A stretch of 64,000 nt of DNA from Tubulanus polymorphus (Eukaryota > Animalia > Nemertea). The DNA lies in contig NC_134026.1 in the NCBI RefSeq assembly GCF_964204645.1, positions 17,580,150 to 17,644,149 of the forward strand, given 5' to 3'. The stretch's first letter is position 1; each line of letters starts with the position of its first letter. The notes under the pieces were generated by a model. It was given only the letters and a program-made list of their open reading frames with translations. It was not told where the DNA came from and did no database searches. Shown here piece after piece: positions 1 through 12,469 of this stretch. The translations under genes and the position numbers were made by a program.

Positions 1-150
1 TACGATACCGAGGATACCTGTCTCAAGGCCTGTGAGTCGAAGGTTACCTGTGATACCAACGATACCTACGATACCGAGGATACCTGTCTCCCGGCCTGTG
101 AGCCTCCAGGTTACCTGCGATACCGATGATACCGAGGATACCCACGATAT
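1..150. repeat. Imperfect tandem repeat (about 66-bp unit built on GATACC subrepeats)
   Basis: tacgataccgaggatacctgtctc..ggcctgtgag occurs at 1 and 67, with a partial third copy. Confidence 0.7.
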
Positions 151-204
151 CTTGGTGATTCTCAAAACCTCGACGGAGCGCTCCTGATGTCGTACGTTGG
201 TGAA

Positions 205-655
205 TTACGATTACGATTACGATTTATTTACACTCCAACCATTTCCATGGTATATGGAGGAAAACTATTACACATGTATATACAAATATTTACAAAACAA
301 CACTAAAGTGATTAAAATTTAGAGAATGAAAACGTAACGAATATATATATATATATATACATCAACTATTTACAATACTATATATACTATTATATACATC
401 AACTATTTACAATACTATATATACTATTGGAGGGATCTATATACATCTAAGCCGGTCTTAATGAATTTAGCTAAGTTGACCGTTGGGTTTTTCAGAATAT
501 CAAGGGTATTAAAGGTATTCAAATTCAAAAAGTTTTTGCGTTGTTCGTTAAGTAAGGTACAGTCAAACAGAAAATGGGATTCGTCACCTAAAGTATTACA
601 AGTGGGGCATATTCTATCGGCTCTGTCTAAATGAAGGTTTGAAAATTTGTTTACA
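205..655 (-). mobile_element. 3' end of a non-LTR retrotransposon (RTE-X-like) with CCHC knuckle and (TCGTAA)n tail
   Basis: Minus strand reads RADRICPTCNTLGDESHFLFDCTLLNEQR, followed by AATAAA and tcgtaatcgtaatcgtaa at 205-230. Confidence 0.75.
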
Positions 656-1506
656 GGTAAAAGCTATCGTTTAGTGGCGCCCTCTTGTGGAGTCGCCATC
701 TTGAATCTGTGTCGAATTACACCGGCTTATAACCCAAAACCCAGTTCCACAGTTGTTGTCACCGAGGAGACAAAAAGATTGAATCTCCTGTCTTTAATTT
801 GTTCCAGCATAAATTATTTCAATTTTATGCAATGATCCCAAGTATTCTTGAGGCTTTCTGACCTAGAGATGCACAGTGTCCAATTTGTTATTGGAGAACT
901 AAATCTATGCAGAATGGTTTCCTAGAGATTTGATTATTATAATAAATTAGATGTAAAATATTCGACAAATTATTTTTTCTTTGTAATTGAGTAATTGATT
1001 GATTGGTGCCATTGATTGTTTTTGTTTTGGGCTGGAACACGATAATCAGTAGTTTAGACGTGTGACCAGCGATGTCTTTCGTCGCTAATTGAAGTTGATG
1101 TAATTCGGTTAATTTGATGAATACGATAATTTGTCTTTTGACCCATAATAACAATTTCGTTTTTTGTTTCGTTGAGAGTGCGCGAGAGGTCACTAAACGT
1201 CGTATACATCCGCTCCGGTCGTTGATGTATTACAGACGTGGTTACAGTGAGTACAGTATAACTCACTGGAAGTCGTCATGATGTAGTATTACGTAGCATT
1301 GTTTATGAATACAATGGCTATTGAGTAAAAGAGTTCAGTTCTCATCCATGCAAATGAACTGTGTTTTGTTCGTCATCTCCCCGATCCTGAGGACATCGTC
1401 AACTCTCGGTTGGACAGGGACTCGCACCCGATCGCTCCGCTTGGATACGTCATTGATGACGTATTCTCGTGCGGTGACGTCAAGTCCGTCATGACCCCTT
1501 GGACCC

Positions 1507-3038
1507 TATTTGTACGACGGACTCCTTTTTTGAATTCAACAATTGTTTTTACGAACAGACATTTGGTATCGCTATGGGAAACCCTCTTAGTCCTATTCTG
1601 GCTAATTTATTCCTAGAACATGTTGAATCTGAAATATTGCCTCTTTATACTGATATTTACCCTAAAATCTGGCTCAGATATGTTGACGATGTTCTGGCTT
1701 TGGTTCCCTTTGACTTCAATGTTGATAACTTTCTTATATATTTAAACTCCCTTTACCCGTCTCTGGCTTTTACATATGAATGGGAATTTAATAGTAAAAT
1801 ACCTTTTCTGGATGTTTTGATTTTTAACTGTGGATCCTTTTTGAAATTCGCGGTTTATAGGAAACCTACCAACGCTGAATCCTACCTCCATTACTTCTCT
1901 TTTACTTCTCCGGATATTAAACTCGGTTTAGCTCAAGGATTATTTCTTCGCGCTTTGAGAATTTGCGACCCCTCATTTCTACCCGATGAAATTCAACATA
2001 TTAACCAATCTCTCAAAAAACTTGCCTACCCCGATTTCATATTGAAAAAAGCTCTCCTTAAAGCTCGTACTACGCATTTTAGAAATAACAACCTTAGAAC
2101 TCCTTACTTGGCTACCGATAAACAGTATTATTGTACCGTATGTACCTTTCCTCGAGAATTCTAAAGTTTCTCTTCGGTCACTAAATAAACAACTTATCTT
2201 TAAATACAATAATAAACTTAGTAACATTTTTATTAATAACAAACCGAAAACTGTGGAATTTATAAAATACCTTGTAAAGTTTGCGACAAAGTATATATAG
2301 GAGAAACAGGTCGGAATCTTAATCAACGCATAAAAGAGCATAAATTAGATGTAAAAAACTTTAAACCTGAAAGCGGAGTTGCTAGTCATGTATTTCAGAC
2401 TTCACACAATTTTGATTTCGCTAATGCCGAATTAATTTACCCTTGCAGCGATAAAACTAAAAGACATATTTTGGAATCTGCATAATAATTGAAAATTCTA
2501 ACAACGTTGTAAACCTAAACAATGGTTTTTCACCCCATAATAAACTTATATCTAAATTCCTCTGTAAACTGGTTAAACTCAACACTTGATTCCCCTTGAT
2601 TATTTGTTATCTGTTCTCTCATCTATTTCAGTCTCTCAACTTGTATTCACCATTGTTTTAATTTAAGTGCCCCCTAGTTTGTCTTTTTACTACTGATTTC
2701 AAGTTCTAATTTATATTTATACTCACTATTGTTGTTTATAATTACCCCTTAGTTTGCTTCCCTTTAATCTATTTTAGCGTGTAACTGTTTCTACGTTAAT
2801 TTTCCTTTAGTTTGTATCATCTCTGATTACTTGAAATAGTCTCTTTGTCTCTGGATTGTATATATATATCTCATAATTTTTGTAGTTTCTCATTATTCCT
2901 GAAGATGACTATTAGGATACAGTCGAAATGTTGAAATATACTACTATCTCGAAGTTTCATTTTCGGACTTTTTCGTTATAATTGTGGGATTCTCTCTACA
3001 TCGCGTCAACACGGATATAGTGTTCTATCAATCGTGAA
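1507..3038 (+). mobile_element. 5'-truncated Penelope-like element (Penelope/Poseidon type): RT plus GIY-YIG endonuclease, frameshifted
   Basis: FYEQTFGIAMGNPLSPILANLF, WLRYVDD, IPFLDV and VYRKPT (ORF 1499-2164); GIYKIPCKVCDKVYIGETGRNLNQRIKEH at about 2255-2341; the direct repeat cttggaccc at 1498-1506 and 3039-3047 flanks the element as a likely TSD. Confidence 0.9.
2893..2938 (+). ncRNA. Minimal type-I hammerhead ribozyme motif in the Penelope 3' UTR/pLTR
   Basis: CTGAAGA (2899-2905), helix II gact/agtc (2907-2910/2921-2924), GAAA (2925-2928), then TGTT (probably decayed from CGTT); flanks tattc/gaaata approximate helix I. Confidence 0.7.
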
Positions 3039-3167
3039 CTTGGACCCACGTCTAGGAAATAGATCTAACCTTCGCTTCCTCCAAAAACAGGAAACAAAAA
3101 CAAACGCTGGTGCCACACTGTCTCTAAATTAAATTAAACTTTATTGATGCAAGTGCCTCATTATAAA

Positions 3168-4448
3168 ACTAGGGGTCAAGGGACACCATGCCCACTTGGG
3201 AAATGGTTCCAAATATCTCAACAATCTAACAATTTCAATATTCAACGCCCCCTGGTGACCATATACAGAATCCAATGACCTTGAAACTCACCACAATCAT
3301 AGAACATGTCAGCAGCTACGATTTTGTAATTGATTGTGATAACAAAATATGCCTCGTTACCACTTTAATATGGAAATACTAAGTTATTCTACTATTCAAC
3401 GCCCCCTGGTGACCATATTCAAAACCCAATGACCTTGAAACTCACCACAATCATAGAACATGTCACGAACTATAACTTTGTAATTGATCATGGTAACAAA
3501 ATATGCCTAGGTACCAATATAATAAGGAAATACTAAGTTATTCTACTACTTAACGCCCCCTGGTGACCATATAGAATAACTAATGGCCTTAAAACTTGCC
3601 ACAATCATAGATGATGTCATGAGCTACAACTTTGCAATTGATTGTGGTTACAAAATATGCATTGATACGAATATAATATAGAAATACTAAGATATTGCAT
3701 TATTCAACGCCCCCTGGTGGCCATATACAAAAACCAATGACCTTGAAACTCACCACAGTCATAGAACACGTTATGAGCTATAACTTTCTAAATGATTGTG
3801 GTAACAAAATACGCTTAGGTATCAATATAATGTGGAAAAACTTTTTCCCACTTACGAACGAGTACTGCTGACACCAAGATGGCCGCCAATTGCGTCATAA
3901 TTGGCTGATGAAAAATACCTGTCTCAGGTATAAAACATCCCTTTCCAAAGAATACCCATCACAAATTGCAATGAGAAATGATAAACCAGTAGGAAGCTAC
4001 AGGACTCAGATTTTGGGCCAAAATTAATATTTTTGGGCACTAAAAAGGTCATAGGACGGCCATCTTGAGTCCGATCAACCTAATTTTTGTTATGCTGATG
4101 GGCCTTGGGGGAATTCACATATATCCGAAAGATCAAGGTAATTGATCAAAGCGTCTTCAAAATTCCCCTCAAAAAGTTCAAAAATGTGTAAAAAGTGCTG
4201 ATTTTGGCGAACAACAATGGCTGCCAGTCGGCCATCTTGAATCTGACAGGGCCAGTTTTTGGGCTGAAGATGTGTCTAGGGTAGATACATGTGTAACCCA
4301 AATATCAAGACATTACCTTGAAGCGTCTTCAAAACTTCCCAAAATAACTGGATTCCGTCTACGGACGGACGGACGGACGAACGGACGGACGACGGACGAA
4401 AAGTGAACGCAATAGCCCGCTGGTACAAAAGTCCCAAGTGGGCTAAAA
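3168..4448 (-). mobile_element. Non-autonomous Helentron-like element (HINE/DINE-1 type, family A), full length
   Basis: Subterminal inverted repeat gcccacttggg/cccaagtgggc, (GTCC)n microsatellite near the 5' end (4361-4398), four 154-bp central tandem repeats (anchors 3247, 3401, 3555, 3709), and 3' end ...cccctagtt. Confidence 0.8.
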
Positions 4449-5064
4449 AGGCACTGTGTAAACTGTTGTTTTTTTGCGTTTACACTTCTATGCAAAAAGC
4501 CATAGGCGGTCCAATTTTAAAATGCAGAGTCTGCATAATTTTTTTTTCAGGATTTTTGTCTTCAGAAGACTTCTTAACGTTAAACTTTATTTCCACATTC
4601 AATTCATGGCAATTTCGTGGTTGAAATTTTCCGTACTTATGGGGCCCAGGCATTGATTGGAATTTTACACGAAAACGAGATAAAATAAGGTTTTCAATAT
4701 ATTAAAAAGAAAAAACACCATCGATGAATGCATAGACCGGTTGCCTGTCCCATTCCGAAGATAGACTGGTCGCCTGTCCACTTGCATTCGCAGTCGGAAA
4801 GTATATCGCGACGGGTGTGACTATATCGTGTCTCACAACCACCTTTTGTAGGCTAGTGGGGGCTTAGGTCTAATTGCAATTCAGTGGCTCTAACGCATAC
4901 GCATAAAGGTCTACGAGTTAAAAAATTCAACGAAAGTGGAAATATAATTAAGAGAAAAAATAGAGTGAAACTCGAACACTGGTCCGCGTAGCGTATCCTC
5001 GCTAGACCACTAAACTCGACGAACTTCCACCGATTGTTTTAACTACATATAGCCTCACCTTTCC

Positions 5065-6260
5065 CTTTCCCTAGTTAAAAGTCAAATTCTCCGGTTCCGG
5101 CGCATCTGCAATAACGATTCGGACCTACACGCAGCGTCCGGAACCGTCCTTAAAGTACTCAGAGGTCGTGGCTACAAAGACCGCGAACTGCGACACATCA
5201 AAAGCCAAGCTCTACGGCACCACGCCGAACGAGATCTACGAGAACAACAACGGGCCAACGAACCGCCGAAAAAGCGTTTACCGCTTATCTTACCTCACTC
5301 CGAAGCCAACCGAACCCTAGCCCGTAACATCCGAACCAGATTTACGGAACTGGCTACGGCCACCGGCCGGTCGGACGAGGTAACCACGGTCACCGCCTAC
5401 ACCAAGCACAAGAGTCTCAAAGATCTCCTAACTTCGTCGCAGCTCAAACCGGAGCCACCCCCTCCCCGAGTCCCCTCTTCACCGCATCGTAACAGAAATA
5501 CTTCCGTTGTTTCCAATTCTTCTATTTCCCAGGTCTACTCAAAGAACTCCGTCAACCCGACGTCGAGGCACCAAGAAATGCAGAACACCGAGATGTCGTA
5601 CGTGTCCACTCGTCCGAGAAACAACCGTTTGCCGCAGCCACAACAAAATGCACGCGATCCGCAGCACAATTAATTGCGCGACCCGTGAAATTGTATACTG
5701 CATCGAATGCACCAAGTGCAACATGCTGTGCGTCGGCCAAACCGGAATGTCTCTACGAGAACGCGTCACGCATCACGTCTCACGCATCAGAACGAAGAAT
5801 TCGACTCCAGTCTCGGACCACTTCAACCAAGTCGACCACACCCGCGAACACTTTCGGGTGTACGGTCTCCAACACCTACCAGGCTCCACGAGACCGATCC
5901 GCGAAGCAGCCGAACAAGACTGGATACGACGACTCGACACGAACACGCCCCGAGGCATGAACGTCCCGTAGACCGCCTCACTACAACAATTAACTCTTAC
6001 TACTTTTTTACAGGGATAACCCGCTGCCCGTGCACTAGTGGGGTCTCCAAACCTTCGGTTTGGTCCCCTAACCTCTATCTCTAAACCTAACCCTAGGGAT
6101 AAAACGAACTCTAACCCTCTGGACCCTTTTCTCACCCTCTTGAGGCGTTTGACCCTAACGCAGGCGATTTTCTTTCACAAGCGAATTTCAACCATTTTGT
6201 TCGCAGTGCGCATGCTCTACTGTATTTGTAAACAAATGCACGTGCAATCGAGAACTGTGT
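5065..6260 (+). mobile_element. 3' fragment of a Neptune-type Penelope-like element (RT thumb, CxxxxCxxC finger, GIY-YIG)
   Basis: SLVKSQILRFRRIC...LRGRGY at about 5068-5175; ORF 5507-5971 KCRTPRCRTC..NC..EIVYCIEC..C....VGQT..SLRER...H....DHF...H...EQDWIRRLDT..PRGMN. Confidence 0.85.
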
Positions 6261-6269
6261 CGCTGTAGT

Positions 6270-6913
6270 TTAACGACTCAAACAAAAACCCAAAACTCCG
6301 ATCCTACAAACTATTTAAATCACGCTTCATTATAGAAAATTATATTGTTGCCAACAACTTCACAAATCGCCGCGAATTCTCCAAATTACGCCTTGGGTCC
6401 CATCATCTCCGTATCGAAACTGGACGACATCACAAACCTCCAATACCGGTTCCCGATAGGATCTGTCAATTTTGCTCAGATCAATCTGTTGACGATGAAC
6501 TGCATTTTCTGATCGACTGTTCATACTCCGACAGTGCCAGGTCTGATATTTTCACGTATTTGGACACTTATAACCGATTTCAGGACCCTGTCTCACTTTG
6601 ATAAATTCGCTTTTCTGATGTCTTACAATAACAACGATCCCGAAATTTCCACAATCGTGTGCGATTTGGTCAATAAACTGGTTAAGCTAAGACTCGACTC
6701 CATTTCATAGTTATTCCTCAGCTTTGCGACTGAGGGCGCTTTTCTAATTATTTCTTGTATAAGTTTTTGTTTTTTTTATGCTACTCTGTATTATGTATTC
6801 TCTATTTAATGTCATTCTTTAATGTTTTTTCCTGTAAATTTATTGCATGTCTTATCCTATGTATAAATGTTATATACGGCGCAATAAATATAAGTTCAAG
6901 TTCAAGTTCAAGT
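6270..6913 (+). mobile_element. 3' end of an RTE-X-like LINE with (AGTTCA)n tail
   Basis: KLRSYKLFK..FSKLRLGSHHLRIETGRH..DRICQFC...VDDELHFLIDC; AATAAA at about 6883, then agttcaagttcaagttca. Confidence 0.85.
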
Positions 6914-8777
6914 GTAGGCCTGGTGCCCGCCCACCATATGAGTTATGATGCGCGCGTACGTAATAAAAGTATGTACTTACACTGATACATATGTGTACTA
7001 TACGGTCTACTACTTATCGGATGGAAAATCTGATCATGAACCTGGACAGCGTTTTCTTACTCGATCAAAATGTTTTAGATTTAACACAGTAAAAGACTTT
7101 TTTTGTGCTGTTGATGAGTTCCATTTCAAGCACGCGTGTACAATCATCTGAAAGTTTAACAACCTCCAAAAGTTTATGAGTTGAAATATGAATGAAGGGC
7201 GGTGGCAACAAATCTATTTAAGAATTTTTCATCATGTAGAAAAGATGCCCGGGTTGGCGGGTATATTTGACGCGGTTTTGTTCGTACGAAGGTTAGCCGA
7301 GAACGCAGTGACTACAACGAGTGTAGCGCACGCGGTAGATTGTGTTTACAAACAGAATGGGGAGCATGCGCACTACAAACAAGTGGCGGAAACTCTCATG
7401 TGACAAGGTATATTTCTAAAAGGAAATATACTGCGACAGGTGGTTTTGCAAAGTCATTAAAAATCAAGATCAAAAGCGTCTAAGGATACAATTATTCCGA
7501 TTTTGGAGAGAGAAGTCATAAAGAATGAATAAATTAATGAAGATTAGAAAATCGGAAGTAATAAACGAACAGTTTAAAAGCGGAAGCACCCGTCGCGATA
7601 AAATGAAGATTTAAATAAATTACAAAATCATTATGAAAAACGAAACGAAAAGAAACAAATGCTACCGTTGATAGTATTCACGTACAAATTGTAGAATGAG
7701 AATAGAAAATTTAATTGAATACAAGTCACGATGAGCAAAGAGATTTAGACAATCAACCCGGGGCTTGAAATAAAGAAACTGCTTAAAATGAATAAACTCG
7801 AATGCAAGATCTTTGCTTTCGAATAATTTGTTAATTACAAGATAGACCTAAGGTTCATATAAATCTATATTTTTGAATTTTGAAATCAGGGGTTCTAAAA
7901 ATAGTATTCATCATTAGCGGGACGTCGATTGAATAAAGTAACAATTAAGTATATATGATGAGTATCAATAAAGTATATTTGAACTTGAATTTGAGCCCAC
8001 TAAGTGGTGGTATTGGAAGACACCAGATGGTTCGATCGACTTAATATGCTCCAGCGCCGTGGCGCTGTCGCAAAAAGAAATCGCAAAGTTCTATGCTATG
8101 GTTCTACGATAGATGGGGCTAACCGCAAATCAACAACTATTGCGACATGTGCTATATGTGCGTACGCAGTTGGTGGGTTTTTTGATATACACGGAAATGT
8201 GGCAGCCCGACGTTTTACTTAGTATTCATTTACCGGAATAGTTGGGTGTGAAGCGATTAAAATCGTTTATTCTGTGTACTTTTCCCACAAATTGAGGGTG
8301 GTGCAGTAGAAAGACGGTTACGGGTCATTTAAAACCGGTTAGTATCATTTTAGCTCTCTAATTCTAAAAGGATGTTCGATGGTTGTTAAAGGAATCCCGA
8401 TAGCACAGGCCTACTCGACAGCAATGAAACGTGGGTCCTACAGGAATTAACCTATAGCTTTTCAAATGGGTAATATTACCATAATAGTATCTACAATTTC
8501 TCCAATAATGAGTATTTATTTAGCATATGAAACGTGGAAGTGGATATTTGACCAGATCCGGTTATATTCAAAATACTTCTTAGCCGGATAAATTACAATA
8601 ATTATTTGGTTTAATCATAGTTTCGATCTCAGATCATAGCATAGGCCTAACCACAGTCCGCTGTGGCTTAGCTCATTGGGCTTGCATCCAAAAGTTCTTA
8701 TAAAAAGCTTTATTAGGGAGGCCTAGCTCTTTCAATATTTTGAACTACCAGTAATGCCTATTTTATGCCTTTTTCAG

Positions 8778-8853
8778 GGACTGAAGATTGTGTATCATGT
8801 CAGATTATGAACGGGAAGACGACGAGCCTTTGCCATTGCCAATGGATCCTAGG
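8778..8853 (+). CDS. Candidate upstream (start-codon) exon of the NOV-like gene, MSDYEREDDEPLPLPMDPR
   Basis: Good acceptor (cctttttcag, 8777), ATG at 8797, donor agg|gtaggt. It ends in phase 0 whereas 16410 needs phase 1, so an intervening exon or a different donor would be required. Confidence 0.3.
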
Positions 8854-9337
8854 GTAGGTCTAGAAGTATGAGTAGAGCTTAGGCCTGTATCGAAATACTA
8901 ATGGCAGTGAAAAAGTTGGCCAATTGCTACTTTTGTTTGAAATTAATTTTAGGGACGATGTTCGAAAAAAAGTGAAAGTGAAAGTGAAAGTGGAGTGAAT
9001 GAGGAAGGGGTGTACCCTTCAACTTCTCAGAATGTTGGCGCAACTATGTGTAAGTCTTTTATGCTAATTCATTTAATTTCTTGATTAATCTTCAATTGAT
9101 TTAAGAGTTTCTCCTTTTTAGCCCACTGTGCCCTGTTTCACGAACGGGGATTAACTTTTGATTCGAATTAGGTGATAATTCGAATCAAAAATGCTTAATT
9201 CGAATTAGTTAATTCGATGATTAAATCTGTTTCTCAAACGCGAATTAGCGAAAAATTAACTAATTCGAATTATCTCCGAAGTTAATTCAGAATTAGCTAC
9301 CCATAATGCATCATTCCTTGTAATACATTGTCGAAAA

Positions 9338-10567
9338 ATGGAGAGCGCGGATCTCAAGCGTAAGCAAAATTTCACTCGAGAGGAGAAGAACATGATAGTA
9401 GACCTAGTCAAAAACAATTACGATGTGCTTTATATGGTCAGTTAGACTACGCGAAAGGAATTACGAACATAAGTAAACAAAAGAAATGGAGCGAAATTGC
9501 AAGATCCGTCTCTAGTTTAGGAGTCGCCACGAGAATAGGCCCTGAAGTAAAAATTTGTTGGAAGAACTGTCAGAAAAAGGCGAAACAAGAGAAGATGACC
9601 ATGAAAAACGTAGCCGCAAAAACCGGTGGTGGGCCACCTCCAAAATCGTTGGACGAGGCAACTACTGCGATAGTCGAATTTTTTGATGGAGTGCCAAATT
9701 GAGATGGTATATCAGCTGTCAACCCAATCGAAAGTAAAGGTAGGTCAACACGTTAAGACAATAGCTTCAATTCATATCTCCGACCTTGGAACTTTATTCA
9801 TTTTGTTATAATTTTTATTTTCGATTCGCGTTTTGTTTGTTTACATCTGCTAACTTCCAGGAATATTTGAGCATTCTATTATTTCGCGGATGGGTGTGAT
9901 AGGTTCCGTGGCTTTTAGATGCAACCTATCCCCCCGTCTTCAAATCATGTCTTTAGTTCACGTCGAAAATTTGTTGTTTTTTAAATGACTCACCTCGATT
10001 TGTGCACTATCACTTTGAACAAAATGTTTTATGTCTAGCATATAGTATATCATCCTTCAGTATCCATATATTCATTCCGAAATTCTGCGGTAAACTTGTT
10101 CAGATTGAGCGTTGGGCCAGTCCAATTCTTCAGAGAGCGTGTGCTTGAGCTTGCTTAACACTTAATCGTAGGCGTTATTGCTCGGCAATTCAATGTTCGA
10201 ATCCCATTGTTTACATATATTTATTAATTTATTCTATGCACTTTAACACCGGTGCTGTAATTTACAATTTTTAGGGTTCGATCAGAATGAGATCGAAGAG
10301 ACTGACGGTCACCAAAATCATCCGCTGAAAGCAGTCTTACCAGTACCAAGTTCCACTCATACAACCACCAGCACTACAGCAGTCAACAACACCAAACGTA
10401 TAACTGCAGCTGACATTAATCATCAGCAATGGTTGAATCTAATCGAAGATAACAAGAGAATCAAGTTAGCGTGTCAGAAGTTGAACCTCGAGAACATAAA
10501 GTTGCAGCTAGAGATCGCTAAATTGCAGAAAGAAACCACAGTGGAAATTGTAATTCAAGAAGAGTAA
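9338..10567 (+). pseudogene. Harbinger Myb/SANT-like (NAIF1-type) DNA-binding protein, 2 exons (9338-9739, 10275-10567), with a frameshift and a stop
   Basis: MESADLKRKQNFTREEK..KQKKWSEIA...R...EVKICWKN...KTGGGPPP; C-terminal coiled coil KLNLENIKLQLEIAKL. Confidence 0.85.
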
Positions 10568-10704
10568 ACAGGAATTTATATTAATTAAATTAACTTATAA
10601 ACGTTTAAGTTTTGAAATATTGTTGGAAGATTTAATTCATATGTTTAAATATATTTAAATAGTTTTTAGTCATTTATTGCAAGAAATTCTGCTTTTCATT
10701 TCTC

Positions 10705-11021
10705 TCAGTCGAAGTATTCGCTGACGATAAATTCTCTGACCGTCTGTCGTGCGTTTGCGGCATCAATTACATCATTTTCACCAACTTCGTCATCAAAATT
10801 AAAACCCACATCTAAGTCGGGTTCTCCCATCGTTATAGCGATGTTATGAAGAATTGCACATGCTGTAATAACAGTGCAGGCTTTCCTCGGCGCTAATCGA
10901 ATTTCACCATGTAGAATATGGAATCGCCTCTTCCAAACTCCAAATGTCCTTTCAATGAGACACCTAGTCTTCTTGTGCGCAACATTATAACATGACCATT
11001 AAGATAGGAAAACAAACCATT

Positions 11022-11112
<91 letters not shown>

Positions 11113-12243
11113 CGTATATGCTCTAAAATGTTGGATCTCAAAACTAACCTATCTTGTCCTCTTGTTGAAGGCGCAAGGTAGGGTGTGACTAGGTACGGTT
11201 TACAACCATAACCACTGTCTCCTAAAAGCACACCATCTCTAACAAATCCACGATGATTCATTTCAAGGTGTCTAAAATTTAATTTTTCATAAGACTAGCA
11301 TGTGCCTATAAAATTGAATTAGCCTTCAGGCATAGATGACATCAACCATGGATCACTTCGATGGCCTACCTGCCAAGTGCTGAGTTGTTGAATATGTGCG
11401 CATCATTCGTAGAACCTGGCCAATTGCTTACGATTTTGATGAATTAACCTAAATTCCAGAAAGAATTATAGGTTTGATTATTACAACCGGTGAAGTCATT
11501 AGTTGTGAAAAGTGTCTTTGTGAAGAATTCTAAAAAAGATTGCAATTGCAAACAATTGCTTTGATATTGCTGTGTCGTTGATGTCATTCTAAGTAACGGC
11601 TCGTGGCCAGAATGGAATAGTCCTTAAAAATTAATATCGTTTTAGCTAGAGCGGAAACACCGCTGTAAGTTTTATAGCAACGTATCAATTTTATGAATAA
11701 GACGATTTATTTACCATTACTATTGCATATAGCTTGAATGTTTATCGATGGATATGACTTGCGGTTGATGTACGCAGGTTCATTTTCACTCGGCCTTTGT
11801 ATGCGGATGTGAGTCCCATTTATGCAGCCAATACAACCGGGAAAACCAGCGATTTCAATAAATTCTCTTTTTTGCCGAGTTCGTTCAACGGCATTATGCC
11901 AGCAGATAAAATCATCCATGTGCTCTACTAACGCCGCACACACCCTTTCTACGATCCTCGACACGTATGCCTTTGAAATCCCAAATGTGTCTCCAATTTC
12001 ATTCATAAATGCCCCCGTCGCTAAGTATCTCAAAGTGACGAGGATTTGGTGGTATGGTGAAATCGCATTTGATCGATGAGTATTTCTTTGAATACTTTCC
12101 CCAATTAAACGTTTTATATATTCAATGCTTTGTCTTCCAAATCTATATCTCATTCGCATCTCCTCACTAAAATTGTCAACTTATTCGAAACTTTGTCGAT
12201 TTCTGCGTTCGAGTCTCGCTCCGAAAAACAGTGCAGCAGCCAT
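10705..12243 (-). pseudogene. HARBI1-like DDE transposase, 4 exons, inactivated
   Basis: RYRFGR, LVTLRYLATG, FPGCIGCINGTHI (catalytic D to N), NRKSYPSINIQAIC, WPGSTNDAHIF, LLGDSGY, YNVAHKKTRCLIERTFGVWKRRF, ACAILHNI; contains in-frame stops. Confidence 0.9.
11027..11110. repeat. (TA)n microsatellite in the last transposase intron
   Basis: About 42 uninterrupted TA units. Confidence 0.97.
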
Positions 12244-12469
12244 TTTCGTAGTAACTTATTCGAATTGGTCGATTTAATCCTGCTCAGTGGCAGCATTAGA
12301 TTTCCGGGTTGAACTAATTCGAATTAAAGTTAATTCGCGTTTGTGAAACGGGCATCGAAAATTAACCTCAAAATTTTAATTCGAACTAGAGAAATTAATT
12401 CGAATTACGGACTTAATCCCTGTTCGTGAAACCGGGCCCTGGGGACTTAAATTTAGTGGGCTATTGGGT

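Larger units (their letters stand above)
9129..12438. mobile_element. PIF/Harbinger DNA transposon, full length but inactivated
   Basis: 26-bp TIRs (tgccctgtttcacgaacggggattaa / ttaatccctgttcgtgaaaccgggcc), CTG TSD at 9126-9128 and 12439-12441, subterminal AATTCGAATT arrays, and convergent Myb-like and transposase genes. Confidence 0.92.

Noticed and set aside
3095-3160. LTR end plus primer-binding site (minus strand aataaa...aca-gtg-tggcaccagcg)
   Set aside because: No second LTR and no recognisable gag/pol sequence downstream; too weak to call.
3240-3860. 154-bp repeats as a CRISPR-like array
   Set aside because: Whole units are homologous tandem copies inside a dispersed element; there is no repeat-spacer structure.
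4960-5030. tRNA-derived SINE head on the minus strand (tagtggtctag ... gttcgagt)
   Set aside because: The box matches are weak and there is no second copy, tail or TSD to support it.
10893-11261. ORF with a (YI)n tract
   Set aside because: It is read-through of a Harbinger transposase exon into an intron containing a (TA)n microsatellite.
10705-12243. Domesticated HARBI1/NAIF1 host gene pair
   Set aside because: TIRs and TSD are intact, both genes carry stops or frameshifts, and the first catalytic Asp is mutated; this is a dead transposon copy.
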